Source: Candidatus Sumerlaeia bacterium (GTDB lineage: Bacteria; Sumerlaeota; Sumerlaeia; SLMS01). From it: DNA of 17,281 nt. The DNA is taken from the NCBI GenBank assembly GCA_038208905.1, contig JBBQYG010000079.1, positions 1-17,281 of the forward strand. Direction: 5' to 3'. The position numbers and the translations under genes are program-made. Positions 8,216-17,281 of this stretch are shown piece after piece; position 1 is the stretch's first letter, and each line of letters opens with the position of its first letter. Below the pieces are notes generated by a model. It saw only the letters and a list, made by a program, of their open reading frames with translations, was not told where the DNA came from and searched no databases.

Positions 8216-8661
8216 GATTCCGCGCCCGCCACCCGCGTCAGCAGCCAGATCGCCAGCGCCGACCGCAGCGTCCACGCCACGGTCCGGATCCAGTTGGAAT
8301 CGACGAGGAACCGATGGGCCTTTGCGTCGAATCCGCGAGAGAGGATTTCGTGCTGGGGCACTTGCACCAGAAAGGTTGAAAGCCAGATCACCCCCACCAG
8401 CGCAAAGCCCGCCCACATAATCCATGCGGGAACCCCCGCCGGGCGCAGCACCGTCGCAAGCGCCAGCGCGGTGGCCAGCTCCGCCAGCATCAGCGGCATC
8501 ACCACAAATCCCGTCAGCTTGGCGTGCTCATACTCGTAGGCGGCGAATCCCTCCGCGGCGACGCGCGCGAAGAGTGGGTAGTGGACGATCTGAACGAACC
8601 AGATCACCCCTGTCATCGCGATGGTGGAGAAGGCGTGAACTATCAGGGCGGCGGACTGCAT
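8212..8661 (-). CDS. Conserved hypothetical integral membrane protein (~149 aa, about 4 TM segments)
   Basis: Four hydrophobic stretches; motifs MTGVIWFVQIVHYPLF, QVPQH and NWIRTVAW; translationally coupled to the photolyase. Confidence 0.8.
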   Translation of the reverse strand: MQSAALIVHAFSTIAMTGVIWFVQIVHYPLFARVAAEGFAAYEYEHAKLTGFVVMPLMLAELATALALATVLRPAGVPAWIMWAGFALVGVIWLSTFLVQVPQHEILSRGFDAKAHRFLVDSNWIRTVAWTLRSALAIWLLTRVAGAES

Positions 8662-8728
8662 CGGGGGGCTCTCGCTCGGGGGGTTGTGCAAACTGCCTCC
8701 CAACCGAGCAAGAAGAAAGCCCGGTGTC

Positions 8729-9760
8729 CTAGGCCATCGGCCGAATCAGCGTATCTCCCGACGGCATCCGGAATTCGCCGGATTCGCCGAGGCTGGGGCG
8801 GGCGAGTTCGCGTTCGATGGGGTATTCGATGAAGATGGCGTTCACCTTTTCGTGAATCAGCTCGCAGCGCTGGCGGAGGGTGCTCAGGTGGTTGGCGAAG
8901 TTCTCCGCCAGGATTTCCTCGATGCTGCCATAGGTGAGGTCCGCCTGAAGCCGGGCGGCGATGCGCGTGGCCGAGGTGCGGTCGCGGTGGGGGGCGTTCT
9001 GGCCGACGATCTCCAGACCCTCGGCGATGCGGTCGATGCAGAAGCGCACGGAATGCGGAAAGTCGGGATCGAGGAGAAGGAACTCCAGCACGCAGTTCTC
9101 CTTCACCTCCGCGGTGTAGCGGCGGCGGTAGGAATCGAACGCGGTGCAGCACTTGAGCAGCGTGATCCAGTCGAGGTGTTCCTCGGGCGTGGGTGACGCG
9201 GCCTCCTCGGAGTCGCTGTAGAACTCGCGATAGGAATCGATCAGCGCCACGGTCATCAGGGCGCGCTCGATGTAGCAGCCCAGGCGGATGAAGTGGTACC
9301 CCTCGTTGCGGCTGAAGGTGGAATCGGTGATGCCGTGAAAGAGGCAGGCGCTCTCGCGGATGCGGCGGAGGAACTCCGTGGGGCCCTCGTCCCAGATGGC
9401 GTCGAAGCTGGCCTCCCTGATGAAGAAGTAGGCGCGGTTGAGTTGCTCGAACATCTCGGCGCCGAGCGTGTCGCGGACCTGGCGGGCGTTCTCGCGCGCG
9501 GCGGCGATGCAGGACCGGATCGAGGCGGAGTTCTCCTCGTCGGTCGTGAACTCGCGGGTGATGTCGCGCGCGTCGTATCCGGGGCGGTCGACCTCGTCCA
9601 GGCACAGGCTGCTGAGGAACCGGCGCCACCGCATCGGCGCCGACGCGGGAACGATGTCCAGCATCAGGGTCAGGTGCTCGTCCAGCAGGCGCGCGGTGCC
9701 CTCGGTGCGCTCCAGATAGCGGCCCATCCAGTAAAGGCTGTCAGCAACTCTTGAAAGCAT
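8729..9760 (-). CDS. Alpha-E domain-containing protein
   Basis: MLSRVADSLYWMGRYLERTE, AARENARQVR, LGCYIERA and FLLLDPDFPHSVRFC; directly downstream of a CP-ATP-grasp gene. Confidence 0.93.
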   Translation of the reverse strand: MLSRVADSLYWMGRYLERTEGTARLLDEHLTLMLDIVPASAPMRWRRFLSSLCLDEVDRPGYDARDITREFTTDEENSASIRSCIAAARENARQVRDTLGAEMFEQLNRAYFFIREASFDAIWDEGPTEFLRRIRESACLFHGITDSTFSRNEGYHFIRLGCYIERALMTVALIDSYREFYSDSEEAASPTPEEHLDWITLLKCCTAFDSYRRRYTAEVKENCVLEFLLLDPDFPHSVRFCIDRIAEGLEIVGQNAPHRDRTSATRIAARLQADLTYGSIEEILAENFANHLSTLRQRCELIHEKVNAIFIEYPIERELARPSLGESGEFRMPSGDTLIRPMA

Positions 9761-9789
9761 GGTCTTCTATCGCCTCTTGCCGTGTCGCG

Positions 9790-9812
9790 CATGGGCGGGA
9801 CGCCCATGCTGC
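9790..9812 (-). repeat. REP-like palindrome (variant copy)
   Basis: The minus strand reads GCAG-CATGGGC-GTCCC-GCCCATG, the same 4+7+5+7 architecture as the REPs at 12400 and 12466. Confidence 0.7.
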
Positions 9813-9849
9813 CGTATCCGCCGTTCCCTACTGTTCCCTGCTTCTCCCA

Positions 9850-11331
9850 TCAATACAACACCCAAGTATCCTTGCTGCCGCCGCCCTGGGAGGAGTTCAC
9901 CACGAGGGAGCCTTTCTTGAGGGCGACGCGGGTGAGGCCGCCGGGGACGATCTTCACCTCGTCTCCGTAGAGTATATACGGCCTCAGGTCCACGTGGCGC
10001 GGTTCCACCTGGCCGTCCACGAAGCATGGAGCGCGGGAAAGCATGATCGTCGGCTGGGCGATGTAGTTGCGGGGATTGGCGTTGATCGCCGCGCGGAATT
10101 CCTCCCGCTGGGCGGCGGTGGAGTGCGGGCCGATGAGCATGCCATAGCCGCCGCTCTCGCCCACGGCCTTCACGACGAGCTTGTCCAGGTTGGCGAGGGC
10201 ATACTCGCGGTCCTTCTTCTCGCCCAGGATGAAGGTCTCCACGTTGGGAAGGATCGCGTCCTCGCCCAGGTAGTACTTGATGATGCGCGGGACATAGGCA
10301 TAGACCGCCTTGTCGTCGGCCACGCCGGTGCCGATGGCGTTGGCCAGGGCGACGTTCCCCTTCTGGTAGGCGCGGAAGAGGCCGGGCACGCCGAGCATCG
10401 AGTCGGAGCGGAACACCTCGGGATCGATGAAGTCGTCGTCCACGCGGCGATAGATCACATCCACGCGGCGGAGCCCCGCCGTCGTCCGCATATACACATG
10501 GTCGCGATGCACGACCAGGTCGCGGCCCTCGACCAGTTCCACGCCCATCTGGCGGGCGAGGAAGGTGTGCTCGAAATAGGCGGAGTTGTGCACGCCCGGC
10601 GTCAGGACCACGATGGTCGGCTGGTCCAGCGCCCGGGGCGACACGGCGCGCAGCGTCTGGAAGAGGTACTGCGTGTAGTCGTCGATGGGGCGGACGCTGT
10701 AGCGCTGGAACAGGACCGGGAGGATCTTCTTCATCACCGTCCGGTTGCCGAGCATGTAGGACACGCCGGAGGGCACGCGGAGGTTGTCCTCCAGCACCGC
10801 GAAGCCGCCGTCCTCGCCGCGGATAAGGTCGGTGCCGACGACGTGTATATACCGGTCCTTGGGCACCTTGAGGCCGCGCATCTCCTTGCGCCACGCCTTG
10901 CAGCTCGCCAGCAGCTCGCGCGGCACCACGCCGTCCTTCAGGATATTCTCGTCGTTGTAGACGTCGTGGATGAACATGTTCAGCGCGGTGATGCGCTGTG
11001 TCAGGCCGCGCTCGATGTGGCTCCACTCGGCGCCGGTGATGATGCGCGGCATCAGGTCGTAGGGGAAGATCTTCTCCGTGCCCGCCTTGTCGCCATACAC
11101 GGTGAACGTGATTCCCTGATAGAGGAAGGAAAGGTCCGCGGCTTTTTGCCGGCGGACGAATTCCTCCCGGCTCAGGTCCAGGACGCGCTGATGCAGGGCG
11201 GCGTACTGGGCCCTTGGGACCGATGCGCTCTCGAACATCTCGTCATAGGCGTGGTCGAGGTGATAGTTGCCGAAGGGGGGGAGGGTTTCATCCCGCTCCG
11301 CGGCGGTCGTCTGTGTCTGTGTCTGGTTCAT
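9850..11331 (-). CDS. Circularly permuted type 2 ATP-grasp protein (putative peptide ligase)
   Basis: [79 protein letters not shown] and [15 protein letters not shown]. Confidence 0.95.
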   Translation of the reverse strand: MNQTQTQTTAAERDETLPPFGNYHLDHAYDEMFESASVPRAQYAALHQRVLDLSREEFVRRQKAADLSFLYQGITFTVYGDKAGTEKIFPYDLMPRIITGAEWSHIERGLTQRITALNMFIHDVYNDENILKDGVVPRELLASCKAWRKEMRGLKVPKDRYIHVVGTDLIRGEDGGFAVLEDNLRVPSGVSYMLGNRTVMKKILPVLFQRYSVRPIDDYTQYLFQTLRAVSPRALDQPTIVVLTPGVHNSAYFEHTFLARQMGVELVEGRDLVVHRDHVYMRTTAGLRRVDVIYRRVDDDFIDPEVFRSDSMLGVPGLFRAYQKGNVALANAIGTGVADDKAVYAYVPRIIKYYLGEDAILPNVETFILGEKKDREYALANLDKLVVKAVGESGGYGMLIGPHSTAAQREEFRAAINANPRNYIAQPTIMLSRAPCFVDGQVEPRHVDLRPYILYGDEVKIVPGGLTRVALKKGSLVVNSSQGGGSKDTWVLY

Positions 11332-11459
11332 CGCCAAGTCAGGTTGGGTCTCGCTGGAGGCTGGCCGTGTGGCTTAGGAGGCTCGTGAGAATGAAGGACG
11401 GATTCGCGAACTCGCAAACGGATTTTCCCGGTTCGGGATGGGGGAGCGGTAAAATTGGA

Positions 11460-11490
11460 GCGGCCCGGAGGGGTAAACCCTCCGGGCCGC
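11460..11490 (-). terminator. Probable intrinsic terminator after the DUF4032-like gene
   Basis: Perfect 13-bp stem GCGGCCCGGAGGG/CCCTCCGGGCCGC with a 5-nt loop, 34 nt past the stop at 11525. It is followed on the minus strand by TCCAATTTT, a weak and offset U-tract. Confidence 0.6.
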
Positions 11491-11524
11491 GGTCGCTGCG
11501 TTGGTTGTTCCGCGCCCCGTGGGG

Positions 11525-11980
11525 TCAGGCCGTGGCGCGCTTGCGGGCAAGATACCAGGCGCCAAAGTGACGCTGGAACCACTCGCGGGTGGCGCCGGCC
11601 TCGGGGTCGCTGGGGTTGCGCTCGCGCCAGATGTCCCGGCCCGCGCGCTCCGCCTCGAGCCACTTGAACCGGCGTACTTCGTCCATCATCTCCAGGATCG
11701 CATCGCCCTCAACGGGGAGGTTGACGCCCAGGACTTCCTGGACCTGATCGTGAAGCTCGATGGCCTTGGGGTTCTTGCCAAACAGCCGCAGGGCGGCGTG
11801 CTTGAGGTTTTTCCAGCTCAGGGCGCCCTCCGCCTCGGCGAAAAGGAAGTCGGCCGCCATGGCATGGGGGGCGTAGAGGCAGAGAAGCTGATAGTTGGAA
11901 AACTCGCTATCCCGGTCGTAACCGAGCTGGATTTCGTTGTTCTTATGGACGGCGTAATGGGCTGTCGGGTGCGTAACCAT
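11525..11980 (-). CDS. Hypothetical protein (~151 aa) with a DUF4032-like C-terminal motif
   Basis: AGGAG upstream (alternative GTG start at 11989); GC3-rich codons. The C-terminus EVRRFKWLEAERAGRDIW...ATREWFQRHFGAW resembles the 'EI..HKW..SE.AG.DIG...A..DW' motif. Confidence 0.75.
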   Translation of the reverse strand: MVTHPTAHYAVHKNNEIQLGYDRDSEFSNYQLLCLYAPHAMAADFLFAEAEGALSWKNLKHAALRLFGKNPKAIELHDQVQEVLGVNLPVEGDAILEMMDEVRRFKWLEAERAGRDIWRERNPSDPEAGATREWFQRHFGAWYLARKRATA

Positions 11981-12050
11981 GATGGTCACCGCTCTCCTGG
12001 GGGAAGTCGTTGCGCCGGGAGCACTTCTAACCCGTGCGCGAATGAAGTAG

Positions 12051-12066
12051 TGCAAGCGCCGTGCCA
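12051..12066 (-). promoter_or_regulatory. Sigma-54 (-24/-12) promoter
   Basis: The minus strand reads TGGCACG-GCGC-TTGCA, an exact match to TGGCACG-N4-TTGCW, 70 nt upstream of ATG 11980. Confidence 0.8.
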
Positions 12067-12123
12067 TCTATGGCAAGGCAGATTCAGAAGCAAATCGCTA
12101 AAACTCCATAAAAAATGCTAGTA

Positions 12124-12153
12124 TCCAAACGTGCAATCAATTGCACGTTTGGA
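12124..12153. promoter_or_regulatory. Perfect 13-bp inverted repeat, candidate enhancer-binding-protein site
   Basis: TCCAAACGTGCAA-TCAA-TTGCACGTTTGGA, centred about 100 nt upstream of the predicted sigma-54 start site, in an AT-rich intergenic region. Confidence 0.6.
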
Positions 12154-12399
12154 CTGAGCAGTGAGGCCTTATTGTTACAAAATGGGGTCTATCTGGGTAA
12201 GAATAGGGGATTCTGACCACTTCTTAGTTCGTTTGTATGGAAAAGCAACGAAGTCGAGGGAGACCCAGGAGTCTCCCGATGGGTCTCCGATGGCTCCACG
12301 GGGCATTTGGGGGTGGCTGGAATGGGCCGGATGAGCCGATCTGTGCCACAGTGGGGCGGGCGGGCTGAACGGTTTGTGGGCAGCTGCCTGTCGTGTACG

Positions 12400-12488
12400 G
12401 TAGCACGGGCATCTTGCCCGTGTGGGTGAAGCGGTCAGGCCCTGCGAGGTCGAGCGCTGGTCGTGCACGGGCAGGATGCCCGTGCTAC
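12400..12488. mobile_element. Inverted doublet of GTAG-family REP elements (REPIN/BIME-like)
   Basis: GTAG-CACGGGC-ATCTT-GCCCGTG (12400-12422) and CACGGGC-AGGAT-GCCCGTG-CTAC (12466-12488) are 22/23 identical as inverted repeats, with a 43-nt spacer. Confidence 0.75.
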
Positions 12489-14599
12489 TTTTGGATACTT
12501 TCCCTGTACTTCCGCCGTTCCGCCAGCGCCTCGCGGAGCATTTTCTCGTCCTCGCCTTTGTTGAGCGTCCGGGGCGTTGTGGGGAAGGGGTTGGCGTATT
12601 CGCCGTCGATTCCAACCCCCGCCTCGCAGGGGAGGCGGAGGTCCGGGTAGTCGCGGGGCCATTCCCACAGGCCACCATCCGCGGGGCCTTCGCGGCGGGA
12701 TTTGTAGGTATCGGCGCCGCCGAGGTCGAAGAAAAGCCCGATCCCGTTGCCGTTCTCGCGGACGGTGCCCCACTTGGTGATGCTGGCGGAGCCAAGGCCG
12801 GCGCGCTGGCCCAGCGTGTAGGAGTCGCTCCCCGCCGCGTCCACGAAGAGCGCGACGCCGTTGTCGTTGGCGCCGCCGATGGCGAGGTTGGCTGCCTCGT
12901 AGGAGTCGTCGCCGCCCTCGTCGATCAGGAAGGCGACGCTGTAATCGTGGGCCGCCGCGATGGAGGTGTACTGGCTCGCGCGATAGCGGTCGTTGCCGCC
13001 GCGATCGATCAGCGCGCCGGCGGCGCGGTGGGCTCCGGAGCCCTGGGCGTACCACACGGCCTCGTACCTGTCGTCCCCGCCACCATCGATCAGCAGGCCG
13101 GTCCCCTCCAGAAAGCCGACGCCCTGGGCAAAGACCTGGGCCGTATAGACGTCGTCGCCGTCGGTATCGACGAGGACCGCGACGCCGCCGGGGAGCGAAC
13201 GGCCGTCGCTCTGGTCCGCGCGGACGCCGGTCGCGGCGCCCTGGCCCATGGACGTGTTGTGGGTGGGCGATTGCGGGGAACGGTCGATGATGGGATCGTT
13301 GCCGAGCGTATAGACATCGTTGCCGCCGGTGTTGACCAGCATCGCCACGCCGCGCGGGCCTGCACTGGCTTGGGCCCGGCTCAGCGCGGCGAAGGTGTCG
13401 CTGCCGCCAAGGTCCACCAGCGCGGCGCCGCCGCCCATCGCGTATCCCTGCGCAAAGGCATTGGCCGTGTAGGTGTCGTCTCCGCCGGCGTCGTATTGGA
13501 AGGCGCAGCCAAAGATCGCGGAGCCCTGGGCGCAGTAGTCGCCCGCGTAGGTATCGTTCCCCGCGGCGTCCCAGCAAAGGCCGTAGCCGAGGAATGCGCT
13601 GCTTCCCTTGCCGGGCTCCGACCACCACCAGTCGTTCCCGCCGCGATCGTAGAGAACGGAGATTCCCATGCGCGCAGCGCGTGGATCGTCGGGGAAATAG
13701 CGGTCGTCGCCGCCGAGGTCCAGGATCAGCAGGATGTCCTCTCCGGAGTGAACGGAGTCGGCGCCGCGGCCATCGAGCACGATCTCGCCGAGGGGCGTCG
13801 TCATTCGCCAATCGATGGCGGGGAATTGCGCGTCGCGCGCGAAGTCGTCGAAGTCCTCCACCGCCATGACCAGATCGATCATTCCCGCGTGGAGGGCCTC
13901 CAGCTCGATGTCGCGTATATACTGGCGGTAGTCGGGCTCCCCGAACTGGAAGAAGTTCCCGCGCACAGCCTGGTCAAAGAGGCTGTCGGGCTTTATCCCG
14001 GGTGGGAGCTTTTCGAGCGCGCGGCGGAGGAAGTGGCGGGCGTTGGCGATGGCGGCAACGACGCGGGCGACCTCGTGGCGGGCGGGATTTGGGAGTTCCG
14101 CCGCGCCGGGGAGCTTGTCCTCATAGTCGAAAGGCGAGGATGCCTGCTCCAGCATGGCGCAGGCTTCCGCCAGGGGATCGGCGGCGGCCAGCAGGCGGGC
14201 GTCCAGCGTGCGCAGGGGATTGCCAAAGTAGCCGCGCGAAAGTTCGACCCCGCCAAGCCCCACGGCGTTGAGGTAGGTGCGGGAGGGGGAGTCGAGGCGC
14301 TCGCGGATGCGGTTCTCGGCCATGCCCACGCGATAGGGGCCGGAAAGGGGGTCCAGCAGCAGCGCCCTCAGCATGGGGGATTGCTCCGCCGCCGAGGCCG
14401 ATGCGAACCGGAATGGGTCGGGCTGCATCCTGTCCCGGGTTGTGCCGATGGCCTCAAGGGCGCGGTCCAACACGAGCGTGCCCGAGGTGGATTCGGCGCC
14501 CGCATGCGACCCCATCAACGCGACCAATCCCCCCGCGAAAAAGGATTCGATTGCCCGTCTGGCGGCGTATGGCTTGGTTGGGGCATGACGATCAGACAT
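12485..14599 (-). CDS. Large putative secreted protein (~704 aa) with 12 hhhDxGGxDxY repeats (probable Ca-binding beta-solenoid)
   Basis: Signal-like leader ...ARRAIESFFAGGLVALMGSHAGA; repeats such as LILDLGGDDRY, ALVDLGGSDTF, LLIDGGGDDRY and LFFDLGGADTY. Start uncertain (14599 or 14638). Confidence 0.85.
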   Translation of the reverse strand: MSDRHAPTKPYAARRAIESFFAGGLVALMGSHAGAESTSGTLVLDRALEAIGTTRDRMQPDPFRFASASAAEQSPMLRALLLDPLSGPYRVGMAENRIRERLDSPSRTYLNAVGLGGVELSRGYFGNPLRTLDARLLAAADPLAEACAMLEQASSPFDYEDKLPGAAELPNPARHEVARVVAAIANARHFLRRALEKLPPGIKPDSLFDQAVRGNFFQFGEPDYRQYIRDIELEALHAGMIDLVMAVEDFDDFARDAQFPAIDWRMTTPLGEIVLDGRGADSVHSGEDILLILDLGGDDRYFPDDPRAARMGISVLYDRGGNDWWWSEPGKGSSAFLGYGLCWDAAGNDTYAGDYCAQGSAIFGCAFQYDAGGDDTYTANAFAQGYAMGGGAALVDLGGSDTFAALSRAQASAGPRGVAMLVNTGGNDVYTLGNDPIIDRSPQSPTHNTSMGQGAATGVRADQSDGRSLPGGVAVLVDTDGDDVYTAQVFAQGVGFLEGTGLLIDGGGDDRYEAVWYAQGSGAHRAAGALIDRGGNDRYRASQYTSIAAAHDYSVAFLIDEGGDDSYEAANLAIGGANDNGVALFVDAAGSDSYTLGQRAGLGSASITKWGTVRENGNGIGLFFDLGGADTYKSRREGPADGGLWEWPRDYPDLRLPCEAGVGIDGEYANPFPTTPRTLNKGEDEKMLREALAERRKYRESIQK

Positions 14600-14691
14600 G
14601 GTTTCGGGGGCGGTCGCCCGGTGTGCGGGCTGGTTCAATTTGGGACCTGTGGCGCGCAGCGTGGCCGCGGGAAGGATTGCAGCAGAGGCGC

Positions 14692-16128
<1,437 letters not shown>

Positions 16129-16248
16129 GGTCGCATCAACCCAGGGACGAGAGCTTTGACCTTACTGACATGATCGACCAAATTGACTTCGCAGGGAATC
16201 TTCATCGTTGGAATGTGGGGCCAGGCTGTGGTCCCCCCATCCTCCGCC

Positions 16249-16277
16249 TTGACCGGCGGTCCCCCCCCGCGTAGCTT
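16249..16277 (+). promoter_or_regulatory. Sigma-70-type promoter for glyA
   Basis: TTGACC-N17-TAGCTT, 53 nt before the glyA ATG; RBS AGGAG at 16315-16319. Confidence 0.6.
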
Positions 16278-16330
16278 GATCCCTCCGGCGGAATGCCTGC
16301 CCGCCCACCCGATCAGGAGACCGCTTCCGA

Positions 16331-17281
16331 ATGAGCCTAGCCCAGGAGAACCTGTCCTTCCTCCACGCCCAGGACCCCGCCGCGGCGGAGGCCCTTGACG
16401 AGGAGATCCGCCGCCAGCATGGCACCCTCGAGATGATCGCGTCGGAGAACTTCGCGTCGCGCGCCGTGCTCGAGGCCGCGGGTACCGTGTTCACCAACAA
16501 GTACGCGGAGGGCTATCCGGGTAAGCGCTACTACAACGGTTGCGAGCCGAGCGACAAGGTGGAGACGCTGGCCATCGACCGCGCCAAGGAACTGTTTGGC
16601 GCCGACCACGCCAATGTGCAGTCCCACAGCGGCAGCACCGCGAATCAGGCCGTGTTCTTTGCCACGATGAAGCCGGGCGATACCGTGCTGTCGCTCTCGC
16701 TGGCCAACGGCGGGCACCTGTCCCACGGCCACAAGGTCAACATGGCGGGGCAGTACTACAAGATCGTCAACTATGGCGTGCATGCGGATACGGAGCAGAT
16801 CGACTTCGACCAGGTCGCGGCGCTGGCGCGCGAGCACAAGCCCAAGCTGGTCATCACCGGTGGCTCGGCGTATCCGCGGCTCATTGACTTCGCCAAGTTC
16901 CGGGAAATTTCCGACGAGGTTGGCGCCACGTTCCTGACGGACATGGCCCACTTCGCCGGCCTTGTGGCGGGAAAGGCGATCCCCTCGCCGGTTCCTCACA
17001 GCCACATTGTCTCCACCACCACGCACAAGACGCTCCGCGGGCCCCGCGCCGGGCTCATCCTCTGCAAGGAGGAGTATGCCAAGGCGATCGACAAGGCGGT
17101 GTTCCCGGGGCTTCAGGGCGGGCCGCTGATGCACATTGTGCTCGCCAAGGCCGTGGCATTCGCAGAGGCGCTGCGCCCCTCCTTCAGCGACTACGCCTCC
17201 CAGGTGATCCTCAACGCCAAGGTCCTGGGCGAGGTTCTCGTAGGCAAGGGTCTGCGCCTTGTCTCCGGCGGAACCGACACC
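16331..17281 (+). CDS. glyA: Serine hydroxymethyltransferase, 3'-truncated by the window edge
   Basis: Not in the ORF track because it has no stop in the window. Manual translation gives MSLAQENL...LEMIASENF...[14 protein letters not shown]...GGHLSHG...DMAHFAGL, the PLP-lysine motif [12 protein letters not shown], and VFPGLQGGP. Confidence 0.97.
   Translation, partial: MSLAQENLSFLHAQDPAAAEALDEEIRRQHGTLEMIASENFASRAVLEAAGTVFTNKYAEGYPGKRYYNGCEPSDKVETLAIDRAKELFGADHANVQSHSGSTANQAVFFATMKPGDTVLSLSLANGGHLSHGHKVNMAGQYYKIVNYGVHADTEQIDFDQVAALAREHKPKLVITGGSAYPRLIDFAKFREISDEVGATFLTDMAHFAGLVAGKAIPSPVPHSHIVSTTTHKTLRGPRAGLILCKEEYAKAIDKAVFPGLQGGPLMHIVLAKAVAFAEALRPSFSDYASQVILNAKVLGEVLVGKGLRLVSGGTDT

Noticed and set aside
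11309..11325. (CAGACA) x ~3 microsatellite encoding QTQTQT as a phase-variation site
   Set aside because: It is a short in-frame hexamer repeat, so slippage would not shift the frame.
16129..16330. ZMP/ZTP or glycine riboswitch upstream of glyA
   Set aside because: I see no GACTGGCG...CGCCTGGGC or glycine-aptamer core, and the predicted sigma-70 promoter leaves a leader of under 50 nt.

Overview
GC-rich bacterial window, mostly coding. The Pro/Thr-linker plus dockerin-like tail of one ORF loosely suggests a Sumerlaeota/PVC-type organism (inference only). Left to right: heptose-7-phosphate kinase (rfaE1/hldA, 5'-truncated) and gmhA; a lower-GC, apparently disrupted secreted-protein gene (in-frame TAG plus frameshift); an FAD oxidoreductase and type III PKS pair; hprK; an MBL-fold hydrolase; then a minus-strand run transcribed as DUF4032-like small protein, circularly permuted ATP-grasp ligase, alpha-E protein, membrane protein and FeS-type (6-4) photolyase. 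That run is headed by a consensus sigma-54 promoter and a perfect 13-bp palindrome. It is followed by a large secreted DxGGxDxY-repeat protein, an orphan sensor kinase and glyA (3'-truncated). Non-coding highlights are a GTAG-family REP element in four copies (one inverted doublet, one covariant copy, one remnant; two supply a gene's TAG stop), the sigma-54/enhancer module and a sigma-70 promoter for glyA. All calls come from motif recognition by eye; no searches were run.
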